A stretch of DNA of 64,000 nt from Octopus sinensis (taxonomy: Eukaryota). This document shows positions 56,660 to 64,000 of the stretch, piece after piece. Made by a program: the position numbers and the translations under genes. Each line of letters opens with the position of its first letter. Position 1 is the stretch's first letter. The notes under the pieces were generated by a model that was not told the DNA's origin, made no database searches, and saw only the letters and a list, made by a program, of their open reading frames with translations. The stretch lies in contig NC_043008.1 of the NCBI RefSeq assembly GCF_006345805.1, positions 53,506,001-53,570,000 of the forward strand. Reading direction: 5' to 3'.

Positions 56660-56739
56660 TAATAATGATGACGATGACATAATGGTGATGATGATGATGG
56701 TGGTGGTGATGATGGTGGTGATGATGATGATGATAATGG

Positions 56740-56774
<35 letters not shown>

Positions 56775-56816
56775 GTGATGGCGATGATGATGATGATGGT
56801 GGTGGTGATGATGGTG

Positions 56817-56848
<32 letters not shown>

Positions 56849-56928
56849 GATGATGATGATGATGGTGATGGCGATGATGATGGTGGTGGTGATGATGGTG
56901 ATGATGATGGTGGTGGTGGTGATGATGG

Positions 56929-56969
<41 letters not shown>

Positions 56970-57350
56970 GTGATGATAGTGGTGATGATGATGGTGATGG
57001 CGATGATGATGATGATGATGATGGTGGTGGTAATGATGGTGATGGTGATGATGATGATGATGATGATGAAGATGGTGGTGATGATGATAGTGATGGTGGT
57101 GGTAATGATGGTGATGGTAATGATGATGATGATGATGGTGATGGTGATAATGATGATGATGATGATGATGATGACGGCAGTGGTATTGTTGTTGTTTTGT
57201 TGGTGGTGGTGATGATGATGATGATGATGAGGATGATGATGATGATGACAACGACGAAGACGACGAGGTCGGCGAAGATCATGAGAACGGAAACAACGTA
57301 GACGACAGCAAAGCTACGGGTAGGTTGATGATGATGATGATGATGATGAC

Positions 57351-57388
<38 letters not shown>

Positions 57389-57870
57389 CAGTGATGATGG
57401 TGATGATGTTGATGATGAAGACAGTGATGATGATGATGGTGATGATGGTGATGGTGGTAATGATCATTATGATCATGATGATGATGAAGACTGATGATGA
57501 TAATGGTGATGATGGTGATGGTGGTGATGCTGATGATGATCATGATGATAATGATGACGATGATGACAGTGATGTTAATGAAGATGATGATGATGATGAT
57601 GGTGATGGGAGCAGCGATGGCGAACATTATGACAAACGGTAAAGACGATGTTGATGGTGATGATGGTGATCAGAACGACGGCGATGACGAGGATGACGAC
57701 CAATGATGATAATGACCTCGTCGACGATGCTTGGTTGCCCTGGTGACGACGACAGTGATGATGATAATGATGATGATAATGTTGTTGATAATGATGATGA
57801 TGATGATGATGATGATGGGGGTGAGGACAACGACGACGACGCCGACGACAAAGACGATGATGTCCTAAGA
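56660..57870 (+). repeat. Compound (GAT/GGT/GAC)n trinucleotide tract of about 1.2 kb
   Basis: Directly visible. Source of the poly-H, poly-S and poly-M ORFs. Confidence 0.97.
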
Positions 57871-57954
57871 ATTTCCTGAATGCTTCGATAATCAAAATAC
57901 CATCTGGTAACTGAACGTTTTCCTTGTACGTTTTGCAGCAACAGTTCACAAGGC

Positions 57955-58360
57955 ACAGGTATGGTGTGTGGTAAGTAGCTGGCTTACCAACCACATGGTT
58001 CCGGGTTCAGTCCCACTGCGTGACACCTTGGGCAAGTGTCTTCTACTATAGCCTCGCGCCGACCAAAGCCTTGTGAGTGGATTTAGTAGAAGGAAACTGA
58101 AAGAAGCCCGTCGCATATATATATATATGTGTGTGTGTGTATGTTTGTGTGTCTGTGTTTGTCCCGCAACATCAGTTGACAACCGATGCGCGTTGTGTTT
58201 ACGTCTCAGTAACTTAGCGGTTCGGGGAAAGAGAACGATAGAATAAGTACTAGGCTTACGAAGAATAAGTTCTGGGGTCGATTTGCTGGAGTAAAGGCTG
58301 TGCTCCAGCATGGCCACAGTCAAATGACTGAAACAAGTAAAAGAGAGTAAAGAGTAAGAG
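57955..58360 (+). mobile_element. Full-length microsatellite-containing SINE
   Basis: Matches the family at 8298-8692. Confidence 0.9.
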
Positions 58361-58754
58361 AAGACAGCAACAGACTGCATACTATCTGCATGCAGATCTG
58401 TTTCTATTTGTATTGCTGAAACTGGGTGCTTATGAAGAACATAAATCACAGAACACACATCACAGAAACCACTTAAGAAACGCAGCAAAGCTATATGGAA
58501 GATATCGACAGATTGCGGCAGTTTCGGTTTCTTGTTTGATATTTAGAAAATGGAAAAATATATGCACTGGATTTGTAATAGACGTGTTTTACTACTCATA
58601 CCAACCAGGGACACTTTATACAGTCACTTACCTTGCTAGAAACAGTTGCGAAAAATGCATCCCTTGCATGGCACTCTGGCATCATCGGGGTGTATTCGAT
58701 AATGACGTCACAGTGCTGGTTTTAGTATTCAGACCAATTCGAGAGGTGCCATGA

Positions 58755-59100
58755 TAGACGTTAGCACGCCAGGTGAAATGCTTAGCGGTATTTCGTATGC
58801 TGCTACGTTCTGAGTTCAAATTCCGCCGAGGTCGACGTTGCCTTTCATCCTTTCGGGGTCGATAAATTAAGTACCAATTACGCATTGGGGTCGGTATAGT
58901 CGACTTAATCCGTCTATCTGTCCTTGTTTGTCTCTTCTGTGTGTAGCCCCTTGTGGGCAGTAAAGAAATAGGTATTTCGTTTGTCTTTACGTTCTGAGTT
59001 CAAATTCCGCCGAGGTTGACTTTGCCTTTCGATTATGTTAAGTAGCAGTTGCGTACTAGGGTCTGTCTAAATTACATTTTGTAGCCTTGTGCCTAGACTA
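58755..59100 (+). mobile_element. Meta-like SINE dimer (second unit partial)
   Basis: Junction aaagaaataggtatttc near 58965. Confidence 0.8.
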
Positions 59101-60884
59101 GAAATATAGAGTTTATACGGTCAGTCATCCCGCTAGAAATAGCTGCCAAATATTCCTCAACACTACCATTTTGAAAATGAAAAGGTATATTCGACTAGAT
59201 AGTCATGCATATGCATCATCTGAGGGAATGTGATGATGGTCATAAGTGGAACGGCTTTCATCTATGTTCGCTCAGTGAAGTCTGGTGTGGAAATTATATC
59301 ATGTCGAATTTAGTACAGTATCGACAGCCATCATTCGCAAGGTAGTATGATTTGGGACAATATATATCATGCTTTCGCTAATTATTTTTGTTTAAGTGCC
59401 TGTGCCTGCGTAGTCGAGTTCAGAAGTAGAGTCCCACTCTGTCCCTCGCACCTGACCATCCGTGGGAACATACTGAATGTTACAGCTGGAACGAGTGAAT
59501 ATTGCACTGGGGTGGTTTTGCGAAGGATGTAACGCACCTCCCAGTCTAGGAATTGAACGAGTGATATTACGATCGGAGGTCGAATATCCTAAGAACTAGG
59601 CTAAGTACCTCCATATTTCTCAACTGTATTGAAATTTGTTTAGGGATGAAGAATAATTGGAATGGAAGAGAATAAATGCTTTTTTTTTATATGAAGGCAT
59701 CGATAATATGAAATCTACCATTGTCATACTTGACCCTCGCCAATATATTGAACTTCACCGATAGATGAGGCTCCAGCTAGGGAATATAGGGGTTATAAGG
59801 CACTAGATTTGCTTCTTAATTAGCACAGAGTGCAGGTCGCTCTGGCTCGGAACAGTAGTACTTGTCAAGGACCCCAGTTGTGATTCAAGTAGCAGTAGAT
59901 GATCCTGTTAGTAAGAGATACATGAATAACTCAGAGGGGAGCTGGCTATTAGGTAAGCATCATAGAGGCCTACTGGTATGCAGACATGCTCTAACATCAC
60001 ACGATCCAGCCCTCTGCTTATAAGTTTAACAGTCTCTGTACTTCTAGGCTCAGGTCAGGTCAGGAGAGAAGCTGGCTATCAGAGTAAACCGGTAAAACCA
60101 ACAAGAAACCGCTATTGTATTTTTCTGAAGAAAACCATGAATCTTCAGAGATTTGTATGAAGATTTCTCAATGCAGATGCCTGTTGGCATTGCAACAGAA
60201 GAGAATATTCAATATGGATTGCTTTTACCTCTGAAAGGTTTCTTTTGTCCGTAGTAGTATAAACTTATAAGCTTATAAACATTAAATTGAATCGGCTGAG
60301 TGGATGTATTATTGAACTGTGGTCTGCAAGCACTTGATTTCAAATCCAGCAGTAAGTATTTCTTGTGTAATTCGCTAAGACCCATAACTATCTTCGCTTC
60401 TATTCATCCACCTTTCAGAAATGCTACGGACAGTAGATTAATCTATCCATGTTCTGGTGCTCATTTATCTCTTATCCAGCTAAACAAACGGTATCCACCA
60501 ATAAACTGTAGCTAAAACTCACTCAAGAAAGCCGATTGATGTTTAGGAAAATATATGTTCATATTTCTCTGACTTCAAACAGATGCAAATAATTTCATAG
60601 TTCGATAACTATCAGCAAATGTACATACAGAAATAATGCACTAGCATGTAAATATATGTTTGTGAGACTCTCATTAAATCACTAGACGTATTTTCTAGTC
60701 TGACAAAGCAACACAAACTGGTTATATATTCATACTGTATATTCATAGTAGATGTATATTCATGTATATTCGATATTTCAATATTTCATGAAGAAATGAA
60801 ATATTGGCCTGTTTTCACTGAAATCCACAAAGAAAGTGAAGTTCTATCAGTTATTTTCATCTGTTATATGTCCTCGTGCTTTAG

Positions 60885-61001
60885 AAGTGAATATATAGAT
60901 ACTTCTCTTCATGTTGAGTTCAAATATTCCACGTGTCAAATTACCTCAGGGAAGACGTTTATGAAAAAGCCGATATTCAAGCATCCAAGCCACTTGGGGA
61001 C
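60885..61001 (+). CDS. Candidate 117-nt coding exon (SEYIDTSLHVEFKYSTCQITSGKTFMKKPIFKHPSHLG)
   Basis: Acceptor tcctcgtgctttag and strong donor AC|gtgagt. Phase 2 start fits the previous candidate. An inner acceptor giving EDVYEKADIQASKPLGD is also possible. Confidence 0.35.
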
Positions 61002-61620
61002 GTGAGTGATAATTTGTGGCTTTTATGAATACCATTCAAAGAAACAGTAATGTATATAAACTATATCTGCCTCAAAACTGTATTGTAATAAAGGATCCAA
61101 ATTTTGATACAAGGCCAGGCGTTTAGGGGGAGAAGTATATCGATTACATCGACCTCAGTGTTCAAGTGGTTCTGATTTTATCGACCTCGAAAGGATGAGG
61201 GGTAAAGTGGACGTCGGTAAATAATTATTTATACGTACACACAGTTACACTCACGTACAACACTCACAGATCTATGCACGTATTTATAGTCATTTTCCCA
61301 TTCTCCCTCTCTTTCTCTGTCTCCAATATTTCTTCTCTCTCTCTTTTATCTCTCTCTCTCTCTCTCTCACTCTCTTACAGTTTTTGTCCATCCTCTTCTT
61401 CTCATGTCAAGTGTTTGCCTAATTACTATTGCGTCTAGGTTCAGCGGAAACCCTAATTTAGGTAGAGTAACTGAGTCTCGTCTCACTCCGCATACTTGTC
61501 AGAAAATATGATCTAGGCGTATACCTTACATCTCGTTAAAGTGCTATACTATATTTGACATAGTTTCGCATTAACACACGCACGCACTCACACACACACA
61601 CACACACACACATGTATATC

Positions 61621-61660
<40 letters not shown>

Positions 61661-61707
61661 TATGTACGTTGCTTATGTATTTATGTATGTATAAATATGA
61701 CAGTAAA

Positions 61708-62179
<472 letters not shown>

Positions 62180-62299
62180 TATATATATATATATTATATA
62201 TATATATATGCATGTACAGTGTATCCTCCAAAATGTGTATACACATTTAGATAGTTGATAACTAATTTCTTATTAGGTTTAACCCATTAGAAACAATCT

Positions 62300-62502
62300 T
62301 TCTACTATAGGCACAAGGTCAAAAATTGGGGAAGGGACAGTCGACTGCATCGGCCCCTGTGCGAAACTGGTATTTATTTCATCGATTCCGAAAGGGTGAA
62401 AAGCAAAGTCGACCTCGGCGGAATTTGAAATCAGAAGATGAACGAAATACTGCAGAGCATTTTCCCCGGCGAGCTTACGATTTAGCCAGCTCGCCGCCTT
62501 TA
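62300..62502 (-). mobile_element. Meta-like SINE monomer
   Basis: ggcacaagg...gtcgacctcggcggaatttgaa...ccagctcgccgcctt. Confidence 0.8.
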
Positions 62503-63036
62503 AGAAACTTCTATATTATAATGGAGAAAGTTTCTTATTAATTAGATATGTAGCGATCACTAAAAAAAAAAGCAATTACTGAAGATTCCCACTCATATCA
62601 CTTATTTCCTTTCCGTCGTCATCTAAGAATTATCAAATGAATTTGTTGCTATGGCTATTGGATACGTTATAGCTATTAAAATATCTCTATGTGATCGCTG
62701 CTACTTTTTCTACACCAAACGTAATTGGACTACCTTTATGTTTGTTTTAAAAAAGAGAGATTATGACTGTGATAAAATAATGAATGCAATATTTACTAAG
62801 CAAATGAACACTGTTATACAAAGAAATAATCGAGAATATAATGTGCTGCCTCACAAAGTTTGATCAAAGCGACGAGAATATTTTGATAAATTAAATTCAA
62901 ATGTTGAAGTGAATCTAACAGTTTTGGTGTGTTTCTTAAATGACTTATAAACACCTTCCATGCTGAAATTACATTCATAATGTTCTTGTTATCATTTAAC
63001 ACTTCTAAATTTGTATTTTACAAAAGTTTTCAACAA

Positions 63037-63212
63037 GGCGTAGGAGTGGCTGTGTGGTACGTAGCTTGCTTACCAACCACATGGTTCCGGATTCAGTCCC
63101 ACTGCGTGGCACCTTGGAGTAGTGTCTTCTGCTATAGCCGCGGGTCAAACAAAGCCTTGTGATTGGATTTGGTAGACGGAAACTGAAATAAGCATGTCGT
63201 ATATATGTATGT

Positions 63213-63296
<84 letters not shown>

Positions 63297-63640
63297 AATA
63301 CTGTCATATTTATACACACACATATATATATATATATTATATATATATATATATATTATATATATATATATGTGTGTGTGTGCGTGTGTGTGTGCGTGTG
63401 TGTGTGTGTGTGTGTATGTTTGTGTGTCTGTGTTTGTCACCCCCAACATCGCTTCACAACCGATGCTGGTGTGTTTACGTCCCCGTCACTTAGCGGTTCG
63501 GCAAAAGAGACCGATAGAATCAGTACTAGGCTTACAAAGAATAAGTCCTGGGGTGGGGGCGATTTGCTCGACTAAAGGCGCTGCTCCAGCATGACCGCAG
63601 TCAAATGACTGAAACAAGTAAAAGAGTAAAAAGAGTAAAA
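63037..63640 (+). mobile_element. Full-length SINE with a greatly expanded internal (TA)/(TG) microsatellite
   Basis: Head ggcgtaggagtggctgtgtgg, about 200 bp of internal simple repeat, tail gaaacaagtaaaagagtaaaa. Confidence 0.92.
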
Positions 63641-64000
63641 AAGAGAATTATTGTAAAGCAATGTCAACGTTAAGGATAAAATTAAATGGAATCAGGTGTG
63701 TATATTTAGCAAACTTTATGCAGGTAAGATAGAAAACTCTGATAGAAGACTTTCAAACAGTCATAAGGCATTACATCTGGCGTTACTTGTTTGTCCTCTT
63801 GAATTTTTCTAATTAAAAAAACCTACTGATAATTGCAAATATTCTTACTGTTTTGAGGAATGTTTAGGAAAGGTCATTCTTGTTTATAGTATCTTTGAAA
63901 TGTTTTTAAAATAACTTGGATATTTTCACGTGTTTCCTAATCAAATTCTTTAGAATATGTTGTTTCTTCTTGTTATTGTTTTGCTGAAAGTTTTGAGAAC

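Noticed and set aside
56595-57994. Long poly-H, poly-S and poly-M ORFs (up to 325 aa)
   Set aside because: Translations of the (GAT)n tract, which lacks stops in several frames by composition.

Overview
Very AT-rich, microsatellite-saturated animal genomic DNA. The tRNA-derived SINE families and the (TA)n/(CA)n/(GATA)n density point to an octopus or other coleoid cephalopod; this is an inference, not a database result. Almost all listed ORFs are microsatellite or SINE artefacts. Real content: about 25 SINE copies from several families (three near-identical young copies with clear TSDs, plus head-to-tail multimers), two degraded Penelope-like elements, LINE relics (R4/Dong-like, RTE, L1/Tx1), two Tc1/mariner relics, a non-autonomous Helitron, a 408-bp MITE with an 8-bp TSD, a 1.07-kb tandem duplication, several fold-backs, and low-to-moderate-confidence spliced exons on the + strand. 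The most notable structure is at 35.7-37.1 kb: a non-coding unit of about 478 bp, present as one inverted and two tandem copies inside a SINE-internal (TA)n tract. Each copy carries a type I hammerhead ribozyme fold with intact catalytic-core nucleotides, like a retrozyme or Penelope pLTR. At least seven more degenerate hammerhead motifs lie elsewhere in the window.
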